DNA of 64,000 nucleotides, from positions 42,971 to 106,970 of the forward strand of contig JAJYBI010000008.1 of assembly GCA_021779095.1 (NCBI GenBank), written 5' to 3'. Below the pieces are notes generated by a model. The model had not been told where the DNA came from, ran no database searches, and saw nothing but the letters and a program-made list of their open reading frames with translations. Positions within the stretch are counted from its first letter, which is position 1. The number at the start of each line of letters is the position of its first letter. Positions 1 to 7,121 of the stretch are shown piece after piece. Made by a program: the position numbers and the translations under genes. The stretch is from Deltaproteobacteria bacterium (lineage in GTDB: Bacteria; Desulfobacterota; Desulfuromonadia; Geobacterales; JAJYBI01).

Positions 1-110
1 ATCCGCAGGTGGAGTTCGCCATGGGGACCCACCTGGGGGCGCACAGGAAACTTGCGGAGATCGTCGCCGAACGGGTCGCCGAGGGGCTCGCCGCGGCCGG
101 GTGGTGCTGA
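1..110 (+). CDS. cbiX: Sirohydrochlorin cobaltochelatase CbiX, 3' end (partial; starts upstream of window)
   Basis: Frame 3 translates to ...FAMGTHLGAHRKLAEIVAERVAEGLAAAGWC*, which is CbiX-like C-terminal sequence. It lies immediately upstream of cbiC in the same orientation. Confidence 0.55.
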   Translation, partial: PQVEFAMGTHLGAHRKLAEIVAERVAEGLAAAGWC

Positions 111-748
111 TGTCGGTACATCTGCGACCGGAAGAGATCGAGGCGGAATCGTTCCGGCTCATCGACGAGGAGGTGGGGCCGCATTCCTGGGGTGCGGCGC
201 AGTGGCCCATCGTGCGGCGGGTCATCCACACGAGCGCCGATTTCGAGTATGCCCGCAGCATGTTCATCTCCGGCGATGCGGTGCGGCGTGGCGTGGCGGC
301 GCTCCGGGCAGGACGGGGGATCGTGGCGGACACCACCATGGCGCTCGCCGGGATGAGCAAGCCGCGCCTGCAACGGTACGGCAACCCGATTGCCTGCTTT
401 GTCTCGGACCCGGAGGTGGCGCGGGAGGCGAAAGAGCAGGGGATCACCCGTTCCATCCTCGCCCTGCGCAAGGGGGCGGCGAAGCCCCAAAACGGCATCT
501 TCGTCATCGGCAACGCGCCGACGGCGCTCTTCGAGCTCTTGCGCCTCGTGCGGGAGGAGGGCTTTCGGCCCGAGCTGGTGGTCGGTCTTCCCGTGGGGTT
601 CGTGGGGGCGGCGGAGAGCAAGGAAGAGCTCCTGCGGACGGGGGAGGAGTACGGCATCCCGTTCATCACCAGCCGCGGCCGCAAGGGGGGCTCCAACGTC
701 GCCGCCGCAGTGATCAATGCACTGCTGATCCTGGCGGAGGAGTCGTAA
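101..748 (+). CDS. cbiC: Cobalt-precorrin-8 methylmutase CbiC (CobH family)
   Basis: 215-aa ORF with CbiC/CobH hallmarks (HTSADFEYARSM, GNAPTALFELL). The start may be GTG 101 or ATG 110. Confidence 0.9.
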   Translation: MVLMSVHLRPEEIEAESFRLIDEEVGPHSWGAAQWPIVRRVIHTSADFEYARSMFISGDAVRRGVAALRAGRGIVADTTMALAGMSKPRLQRYGNPIACFVSDPEVAREAKEQGITRSILALRKGAAKPQNGIFVIGNAPTALFELLRLVREEGFRPELVVGLPVGFVGAAESKEELLRTGEEYGIPFITSRGRKGGSNVAAAVINALLILAEES

Positions 749-772
749 TTACATTGTGTAGAAAGGTTCTCC

Positions 773-1315
773 ATGCGTAAATCCAACAAGAAGATCACCG
801 ACGCCTCCGTCATCGTCGGCCTGTTGAACAGCTGCCACGTGGGACGGCTCGGCACGGTGGGGCAGGATGGCTGGCCGGTCGTGAAGCCCCTGAACTTTGC
901 CTATCACGAGGGGCGGATCTACTTCCACTGCGCCCTGGAAGGGGAAAAGCTGGAGGATATCCGGCGGGACAGCCGGGTCTGCTTCGAGGTGGACCTCCCC
1001 GTCGCCTTTGTGAAGGGAAGCGCGGAGAACGCCTGCCGCGCCGAGTACCTGTACCGGAGCGTCATCATCCGCGGCCGGGCACAGGTGGTGGAAAACCGGG
1101 CGGAGAAACTGCTGGCGCTGGACGCGCTCATGCGCAAGTACCAGCCGGGCGATACCTTTGCCCCGTATGCGGAGGAGAAGCTGGAGATCACCGGCATCGT
1201 CAGGATCGAGATCGAGGACCTGTCGGGCAAGGAAGAGCTGGGGAAGGGGGAGCTGCGGGAGCAGGCCCTGGCGGTCCTGACCAGCGGCACCTCCCTGCCG
1301 GTGGTCCTGGAGTAA
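773..1315 (+). CDS. Pyridoxamine 5'-phosphate oxidase-like FMN-binding split-barrel family protein
   Basis: 180-aa ORF of PNPOx-like type (VIVGLLNSCHVGRLGTVGQDGWPVVKPLNFAYHEGRIYFHCALEGEKL). It is embedded between cbiC and cbiD. Confidence 0.75.
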   Translation: MRKSNKKITDASVIVGLLNSCHVGRLGTVGQDGWPVVKPLNFAYHEGRIYFHCALEGEKLEDIRRDSRVCFEVDLPVAFVKGSAENACRAEYLYRSVIIRGRAQVVENRAEKLLALDALMRKYQPGDTFAPYAEEKLEITGIVRIEIEDLSGKEELGKGELREQALAVLTSGTSLPVVLE

Positions 1316-1425
1316 AACGTCAATATTATTGGGATGTTTTCACGCTTTTTTCATGACGCGCAGCCTTGCGCCCTGTCTCTTATGATGTACAGTTTCCCAA
1401 TGAGGCATGACGGGGGACTGACGCG

Positions 1426-2541
1426 ATGACACGAAGCAGACTGCGCCACGGCTATACCACCGGCGCCTGCGCTGCCGCCGCGGCCCGGGGGGCGGCGGTC
1501 ATGCTGCGGGAGCAGCGGATCGTGGATACCGTGGATCTGACGTTGCCGGGGGGCGAGCTGGTGGAGTTTCCCCTGCACGGTCAGGTACTCACCGATACGT
1601 TCGCCTCCTGCTACGTGGTGAAGGACGCGGGGGACGACCCGGACGTGACCCATGGCGTCGAGGTCCATGCGCGGATCGACGCGGAGTTCTTCGCCCCGCA
1701 CCGGGTCGTGCTGCGGGGGGGCGAGGGGATCGGCCGGGCGACCAAGCCGGGGCTGGCGGTGCCGGTGGGGGAATGGGCCATCAACCCGGTGCCGCGCCGG
1801 ATGATCCAGGAGGGGGTGCGCGAGGTGCTGGCCATGCGCTGCATGCCGTGCACCCTCACCGTCACCATCAGCATCCCCGACGGCGCGGAGCGGGCGAAGA
1901 AGACCCTCAACGAGCGGCTGGGGATCGTGGGGGGGCTCTCCATCCTCGGTACCACCGGTATCGTGAAACCGATCTCCGCCCAGGCCTGGACCGATACCAT
2001 CGACACGGCCATCGACGTGGCGCTGGCGTCCCGCACCGGTACGGTGGTCCTCTCCACGGGGCGGACCTCCGAGCTGGTGGTGCAGGGGGAATTCGGGCTC
2101 AAGGCGCCGGGGGCGGGGCGCGGGGAAAAGCCCGAGATCAGTTCGCTGTCCGAGGAATCGTTCGTGATGATGGGGGACTACGTGGGGCACGCCCTGCGCA
2201 GCTGCCTCAGGAAAGGGGTGAAACGGGTCGTGATGGCGGGACAGTTCGCCAAGCTCCTGAAGATCGCCTGTGGCCACGAGCAGACCCACGTGGGATCGTC
2301 GGAGCTGGACCTGCGGATGCTTCACGACTGGCTCGCCGCCGACCCGGCCACGGCCCGGCTGGCGCCCTTGGCGGAACGGGCGAACACGGCGAGGCAGGTG
2401 CTGGAGGAGTCGGAGCGCGACCCGGCGCTGGTCGCCCTCGTCTGCGGCCGGGCGAAGGCGTTCGCGGCGACGGTGGCGCCGGGGCTGGAGCTGAAAGTTT
2501 TGTTGGCGGGGTACGGCGGCGAAGTGCTATATTTCGGCTGA
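1426..2541 (+). CDS. cbiD: Cobalt-precorrin-5B (C1)-methyltransferase CbiD
   Basis: 371-aa ORF with the CbiD N-terminal motif GYTTGACAAAAA, full length. Confidence 0.9.
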   Translation: MTRSRLRHGYTTGACAAAAARGAAVMLREQRIVDTVDLTLPGGELVEFPLHGQVLTDTFASCYVVKDAGDDPDVTHGVEVHARIDAEFFAPHRVVLRGGEGIGRATKPGLAVPVGEWAINPVPRRMIQEGVREVLAMRCMPCTLTVTISIPDGAERAKKTLNERLGIVGGLSILGTTGIVKPISAQAWTDTIDTAIDVALASRTGTVVLSTGRTSELVVQGEFGLKAPGAGRGEKPEISSLSEESFVMMGDYVGHALRSCLRKGVKRVVMAGQFAKLLKIACGHEQTHVGSSELDLRMLHDWLAADPATARLAPLAERANTARQVLEESERDPALVALVCGRAKAFAATVAPGLELKVLLAGYGGEVLYFG

Positions 2542-2573
2542 CCGCGAGAGGTTGATAACCTCAAAATCGTTAT

Positions 2574-2646
2574 CCACAGATTTCACAGATTTTCACAGAT
2601 TTTATTCCTGGTTTTCCCCCTCTGTGTTCCTCTGTTCCCTCTGTGG
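2574..2646. repeat. CACAGA/TCTGTG inverted-repeat element, copy A (three 'cacagatttt' units followed by three 'ctctgt' units)
   Basis: ccacagattttcacagattttcacagatttt ... ccctctgtgttcctctgttccctctgtgg, read directly. Same family as 7005-7105 and 15221-15314. Confidence 0.8.
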
Positions 2647-2658
2647 TTCGTGCTTTTT

Positions 2659-2832
2659 CTGATTAGCGACAATCTTCCGCTACCCCGTTCCCCCCTCCCT
2701 TGATGGGAGGGGGGAACGGGGTGGGTGAAGTTTCAACTGGCTGATATCTTGGCACCTTCACCCCCACCCTCGCCCTCCCCCGTCAAGGGGGAGGGAATGA
2801 TAAGGGCGGTAGCAGAAGATCATCGCTAATCA
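2659..2832. repeat. MITE-like element with 26-bp terminal inverted repeats enclosing two GGGAGGG-type hairpins
   Basis: The TIR-L ctgattagcgacaatcttccgctacc (2659-2684) matches the reverse complement of TIR-R ggtagcagaagatcatcgctaatcag (2808-2832) at 22 of 26 positions. Inside are the palindromes ccccgttcccccctcccttgatgggaggggggaacgggg and ccctcgccctcccccgtcaagggggaggg. Confidence 0.7.
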
Positions 2833-2870
2833 AGATGCTTTTTGAATTTTTAGATTTTCAGGGGGACCAC

Positions 2871-4088
2871 ATGTCAGAGCAGAAGATCTACCTCGTCGGC
2901 GCAGGGATCGAGGGATGGGAGGGGTTCGGCGCCAGGGCGCTGGAGGTCATCAACGACGCCGAGGTGATGATCGGCCACCAGCGGCACCTGGAGATCTTTC
3001 CGGAGTTCGCCGGCGAGAAGCGGGTACTGGGGGAGCTGTCCGCCATGCTCGACTTCCTGAAGGAGACGGACCGGCGGACGGTGGTGCTCGGCTCCGGCGA
3101 TCCCAACTTCTTCGGCGTCGCCCGCTTCCTGCTCAGAAACCTTCCCAAGGAACGGATCGAGATCTTCCCCAACGTGACGAGCGTCCAGTACGCCTTCGCC
3201 CGGATCAAGGAGCCGTGGGACGACGCGGTGTTCGTCTCCGTGCACGGCCGGGGGCTCGGCGGCGCCATCGACCGGATCGTGGCGGAGGACAAGGTGGCGG
3301 TCCTGACCGATGCCACCAACACGCCGGCCGTCATCGCGCGGGAGCTCGCGGCGCGGGGGGCCGAGGGGTACGACGCCTGGCTCTGCGAGGAGCTGGGGCT
3401 GCCGGGGGAGAAGTTCACGAAGACCGACGTGAAGGGGTTGCTGACGATCGAGGCCGCCCCGCTCAACATCCTTATCCTGGTCCGGGCGTGGGAGCCTAGC
3501 TTACGCCAGTACCCGCTGCTGGGGATCGCCGACGACGAGTTCGCCACCGCCAAGAAGCTGATCACCAAGCAGGAGGTCCGGGCGGTGACCCTGGCCAAGC
3601 TGCAGCTGCAGGACGACCTGACCATGTGGGACGTGGGCGCTGGGAGCGGCTCCGTCTCCATCGAGGCGTCCAACCTCATGCCCAACGGCCGGCTCTTCGC
3701 CCTGGAGAAGAACCCCCAGTACCTCACCTTCGTCAAGGACAACCTCAAGAAGTTCGCCGCCCGCAACGTGACCCTCGTGGAGGCGTATGCGCCGGAGGGG
3801 CTGGAGGACCTGCCCGATCCGGACCGCGTCTTCATCGGCGGCTCCGGCGGGATGCTGGAGGAGATCATCGACGCGGTGGACAAACGCCTCAAGGCGGATG
3901 GCCGCATCGTCCTCAACGCCGTCACCCTGGACACCCTCACCAAGGCGGTGGAGTTCCTGGAGGACCACGGCTACACCGTGGAGGTCACCTGCGTCAACAT
4001 CGCCCGCACCCGGGGGCTCACCGAGTACAAGATGTTCGAGGCGCACAACCCCGTGTACATCGTCGCCGCCTGGAAGGGCGAGGAATAG
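2871..4088 (+). CDS. cbiET: Cobalt-precorrin-6B C5,C15-methyltransferase (decarboxylating), fused CbiE/CbiT (CobL type)
   Basis: Tetrapyrrole methylase N-domain (KIYLVGAGIEGWEG) plus a CbiT-like SAM methyltransferase C-domain (MWDVGAGSGSVSIE). The ORF track starts at 2835 but ATG 2871 (MSEQKIYLVG) is more likely. Confidence 0.88.
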   Translation: MSEQKIYLVGAGIEGWEGFGARALEVINDAEVMIGHQRHLEIFPEFAGEKRVLGELSAMLDFLKETDRRTVVLGSGDPNFFGVARFLLRNLPKERIEIFPNVTSVQYAFARIKEPWDDAVFVSVHGRGLGGAIDRIVAEDKVAVLTDATNTPAVIARELAARGAEGYDAWLCEELGLPGEKFTKTDVKGLLTIEAAPLNILILVRAWEPSLRQYPLLGIADDEFATAKKLITKQEVRAVTLAKLQLQDDLTMWDVGAGSGSVSIEASNLMPNGRLFALEKNPQYLTFVKDNLKKFAARNVTLVEAYAPEGLEDLPDPDRVFIGGSGGMLEEIIDAVDKRLKADGRIVLNAVTLDTLTKAVEFLEDHGYTVEVTCVNIARTRGLTEYKMFEAHNPVYIVAAWKGEE

Positions 4089-4127
4089 GCGAATCCGCCT
4101 ACGCAATCCGTTTGTCGCGCTGTCTCC

Positions 4128-4320
4128 GTTAACCCTCGCCCTCTGGGAGAGGGTGCCCCATGCTGCCCTCACCCAATCCCTCTCCCAAAGGGAGAGGGCA
4201 AGGAGTACTCTCCCCCTGAGGGGGAGAGATAGAGAGAGGGATTGGCCGGGTGAGGGATAGCGCGCCGGCACAGATTTCCCCTCCCCCTCGCCCCCTCCCA
4301 CCGGGGGAGGGGGAATAGTT
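4128..4320. repeat. Cluster of GGGAGGG/CCCTCCC-family palindromic hairpins
   Basis: ccctcgccctctgggagagggtgcccc; ctcccaaagggagagggcaagg; ctccccctgagggggagag; cccctccccctcgccccctcccaccgggggagggggaa, in the cbiET-cbiL gap. Confidence 0.8.
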
Positions 4321-5055
4321 TTGTCGAATTATGAGGTAAATGTGGCAAAGATCTACGCCGTCGGGGTCGGTCCCGGCGATCCCGAACTCCTCACCCGCAA
4401 GGCGGAGCGCATCCTGCGCAGTGTCCCCGTCATCTGCTCCCCCACCGGCAGCGCCGAGGCGTCCAGCTACGCCCTCTCCATCGTCGAGGAGTTCCTGGAC
4501 CGTGATCGCCAGGAGATCCTCACCCAGCTCTTCCCCATGATGAAGAAGGGGCCGGAGCTGGAGGCCGCCTGGCAGCTCGCCGCCGAGCAGGTGGCGGAGC
4601 GGGTCCGGCGGGGGCTCGACGTAGCGTTCATCACCATCGGCGACCCGTTCCTCTATTCCACCTTCCTGTATCTCTACCGCATCTTCCGCGCGCAGTACCC
4701 GGAGATCGCGATCGAGGTCGTGCCGGGGATCTCCAGCATCAACGCCGCCTCCGTCGCGGCGGACCTTCCCTTGGGGATCGCGTCCGACCGGATCGCCATC
4801 CTCCCCGCCACCTACGAGGACGACTACCTGCGCCGCACCCTCACGGAGTTCGACACCGTGGTGCTGATGAAGGTGAGCCGGGTCTTCGACCAGGTGTACG
4901 GCCTGCTGAAGGAGCTGGGGCTCGATCGCAGCTCCGCCTTCGTCCGCCGCGTCGGTGCGCCGGAGGAAGAGGTGGTGTACGATCTCTCGTCGCTCGTGGG
5001 GCAGAAGCTGGATTATCTGTCGCTGTTGATCGTGCGCAAACAGGAGATACCGTGA
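4321..5055 (+). CDS. cbiL: Cobalt-precorrin-2 C20-methyltransferase CbiL (CobI family)
   Basis: Tetrapyrrole methylase motifs (KIYAVGVGPGDPELLT). The start is uncertain (TTG 4321 or GTG 4345). Its stop overlaps the cbiF start in a GTGA arrangement. Confidence 0.85.
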   Translation: MSNYEVNVAKIYAVGVGPGDPELLTRKAERILRSVPVICSPTGSAEASSYALSIVEEFLDRDRQEILTQLFPMMKKGPELEAAWQLAAEQVAERVRRGLDVAFITIGDPFLYSTFLYLYRIFRAQYPEIAIEVVPGISSINAASVAADLPLGIASDRIAILPATYEDDYLRRTLTEFDTVVLMKVSRVFDQVYGLLKELGLDRSSAFVRRVGAPEEEVVYDLSSLVGQKLDYLSLLIVRKQEIP

Positions 5056-5828
5056 ACATAGTCCATTTCATCGGCGCCGGGCCGGGCGATGCGGAGCTGA
5101 TCACCGTGAAGGGGGCGCGGCTCCTCAAAGAAGCCGATGTCGTCGTCTACGCGGGGAGCCTCGTGGACCGGGAGCTGGTGCGGACCTACGCAGCCGACGC
5201 CGTGGTGTACGACTCCGCGGGGATGAGCCTCTCGGAGACGACGGCGGCGCTGGCGCAGGCGGTAGCCGACGGCAAAAGGGCGGTGCGGCTGCACACGGGC
5301 GACCCCTCCATCTACGGCGCGATCCAGGAACAGATGGCGGAGCTGGACCGGCTCGGGATCGGCTACGAGGTGGTGCCGGGGGTAACGAGCGCCTTCGCCG
5401 CGGCGGCAACCCTGAAGCAGGAGCTGACCCTGCCGGAGGTGTCCCAGACGGTGATCATCACCCGGCTGGCGGGGCGGACGCCGGTACCGGAGCGCGAAAG
5501 CCTGCGGGAGCTCGCCAAAAGCGGCGCGACGATGGTGATCTACCTCTCCGTCGCCATGATCGAAAGTGTGGTGGCGGAGCTCTTGCTGGGGGCCTACAGT
5601 CCGGCGACGCCGGCGGCGGTGGTGGCGCGGGCCTCCTGGCCGGACGAGGAGGTCCTGGAGGGGACGCTCGCCGACATCGGCGCGCAGGTGACGGCCGCGG
5701 GGATCGGCAAGCAGGCGCTCATCATCGTCGGCGACGTGCTCAAGGCGCGCCGCGAAGGGCTTTCGGCGGTGTCCAGGCTGTACGACGCGGAGTTCACCCA
5801 CGGCTGCCGCGACGGAATCGTTACCTGA
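5052..5828 (+). CDS. cbiF: Cobalt-precorrin-4 C11-methyltransferase CbiF (CobM family)
   Basis: 258 aa (VHFIGAGPGDAELITVKG...GDPSIYGA), translationally coupled to cbiL. Confidence 0.9.
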   Translation: MNIVHFIGAGPGDAELITVKGARLLKEADVVVYAGSLVDRELVRTYAADAVVYDSAGMSLSETTAALAQAVADGKRAVRLHTGDPSIYGAIQEQMAELDRLGIGYEVVPGVTSAFAAAATLKQELTLPEVSQTVIITRLAGRTPVPERESLRELAKSGATMVIYLSVAMIESVVAELLLGAYSPATPAAVVARASWPDEEVLEGTLADIGAQVTAAGIGKQALIIVGDVLKARREGLSAVSRLYDAEFTHGCRDGIVT

Positions 5829-5837
5829 TACCAGAAA

Positions 5838-5915
5838 ACCCACCCCCCCCTCGGTCCCCCCTTGTCAGGGGGGAAGCTGTTGACTCCTCCCCTGACAAGG
5901 GGAGGTCGGGAGGGG
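5838..5915. repeat. GGGAGGG-family palindromic hairpins
   Basis: ccccttgtcagggggg and tcccctgacaaggggaggtcgggagggg, in the cbiF-cbiG gap. Confidence 0.75.
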
Positions 5916-5938
5916 TTCCGTGAAGGACCTTTTTCCGT

Positions 5939-6994
5939 ATGCGTATCGCCATCATCGCCATAACCCGCAACGGCGCCCGGCTGGGGGCGCGGCTGCGGGA
6001 GGGGCTCGGGAACGCCGAGCTGTTCGTCCTGCGCAAGTACGCCGGCCAGGCGCGGAAGGGGGCGACGACCTTCGACGGCGAGCTGGCGGAGCTCGTCGCC
6101 CGGTTGTGGCCCGACTACAGGGGATTTGTCTGCATTATGGCCGCCGGCATCGTCGTCCGCCTCGTCGCGCCGCTGCTGCAGGGGAAGGACGTTGATCCGG
6201 CGGTGGTGGTGATGGACGACGCGGGGCGGTTCGCCATCTCGCTCCTCTCCGGGCACCTGGGGGGCGCCAACGAGCTGGCCCGGCGCTGCGCCTTCATCAC
6301 CGGCGCCCGGGAGGTGATCACCACCGCCACCGACGCCAACGACCTCCCCTCCTTCGACATGCTGGCCAGGGACAACGGCTGGGAGATCGAGGAGCTGTCC
6401 CGGGTGAAGCACCTGAACAGCCTGCTCCTGGACGGCGGGGAGATCGCCGTGGTGGACACCACCGGGGTGGTGCGGCCGTATTTCCACGGGCGGGGAAAGC
6501 TGGCGTTCTTCGACACCTTCGTCGCCGCCCTGCGCAGCGGCGCCAAGGGGGTGCTCTTCGTCGCCAACAGCGTCATCCCGCCCCAGCTCCAGTCGGACAA
6601 CCTCCTGGTGCTGCGGCCGAAGAACCTCGTGCTGGGGATCGGCTGCAACAGTGGCACCACCCTGGAGGAGATCGAGGCGACGGTGACGACGCAGTTAAAA
6701 AGGCTCTTCCTCTCGCCGCGGAGCGTGCGCTGCATCGCCACGGCGGCGGCGAAGCGGGACGAGCCGGGGCTCAATGCGTTCGCCGAGCGGCTCGGAGTAC
6801 CGCTTCGCTGCTTTGAGAGCGACGAGCTGAACTCGGTAGATACCCCGTCGCCCCCCTCCGAGCATGCGAAGAAGGCGATCGGCGCAGCGGGCGTCGCCGA
6901 ACCGGCGGCCCTCCTCGCCTCCGGCGGCGGGCACCTGCTGCTGCAGAAGGTGAAGAGCGGCAACCTCACGCTGGCGATTGCGGAGACGGTATGA
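5939..6994 (+). CDS. cbiG: Cobalt-precorrin-5A hydrolase CbiG
   Basis: 351 aa with CbiG N/mid/C-domain architecture (MRIAIIAITRNG...GIGCNSGTT...). Confidence 0.85.
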   Translation: MRIAIIAITRNGARLGARLREGLGNAELFVLRKYAGQARKGATTFDGELAELVARLWPDYRGFVCIMAAGIVVRLVAPLLQGKDVDPAVVVMDDAGRFAISLLSGHLGGANELARRCAFITGAREVITTATDANDLPSFDMLARDNGWEIEELSRVKHLNSLLLDGGEIAVVDTTGVVRPYFHGRGKLAFFDTFVAALRSGAKGVLFVANSVIPPQLQSDNLLVLRPKNLVLGIGCNSGTTLEEIEATVTTQLKRLFLSPRSVRCIATAAAKRDEPGLNAFAERLGVPLRCFESDELNSVDTPSPPSEHAKKAIGAAGVAEPAALLASGGGHLLLQKVKSGNLTLAIAETV

Positions 6995-7004
6995 TTTAAA
7001 CCTG

Positions 7005-7105
7005 CCACAGAGACACGGAGACACAGAGTTTTTCACAGAGAAAAACTGGTTTTGAAACAGGAAGAAGTTCTCTGTGGTGTCCTCTGTGCTTCCGTGTCTC
7101 TGTGG
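7005..7105. repeat. CACAGAG inverted-repeat element, copy B
   Basis: The left arm ccacagagacacggagacacagagtttttcacagag and the reverse complement of the right arm ctctgtggtgtcctctgtgcttccgtgtctctgtgg are near-identical, with an AT-rich centre. Lies in the cbiG-cbiH gap. Confidence 0.8.
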
Positions 7106-7121
7106 CAAAAAGGTGTTCACG

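Noticed and set aside
7074-7121. ORF-track start of cbiH at 7074 (MVSSVLPCLCGKKVFT...)
   Set aside because: These codons lie inside the CACAGAG inverted-repeat element. The conserved CbiH N-terminus MSKLYVVGIGPG begins at ATG 7122.
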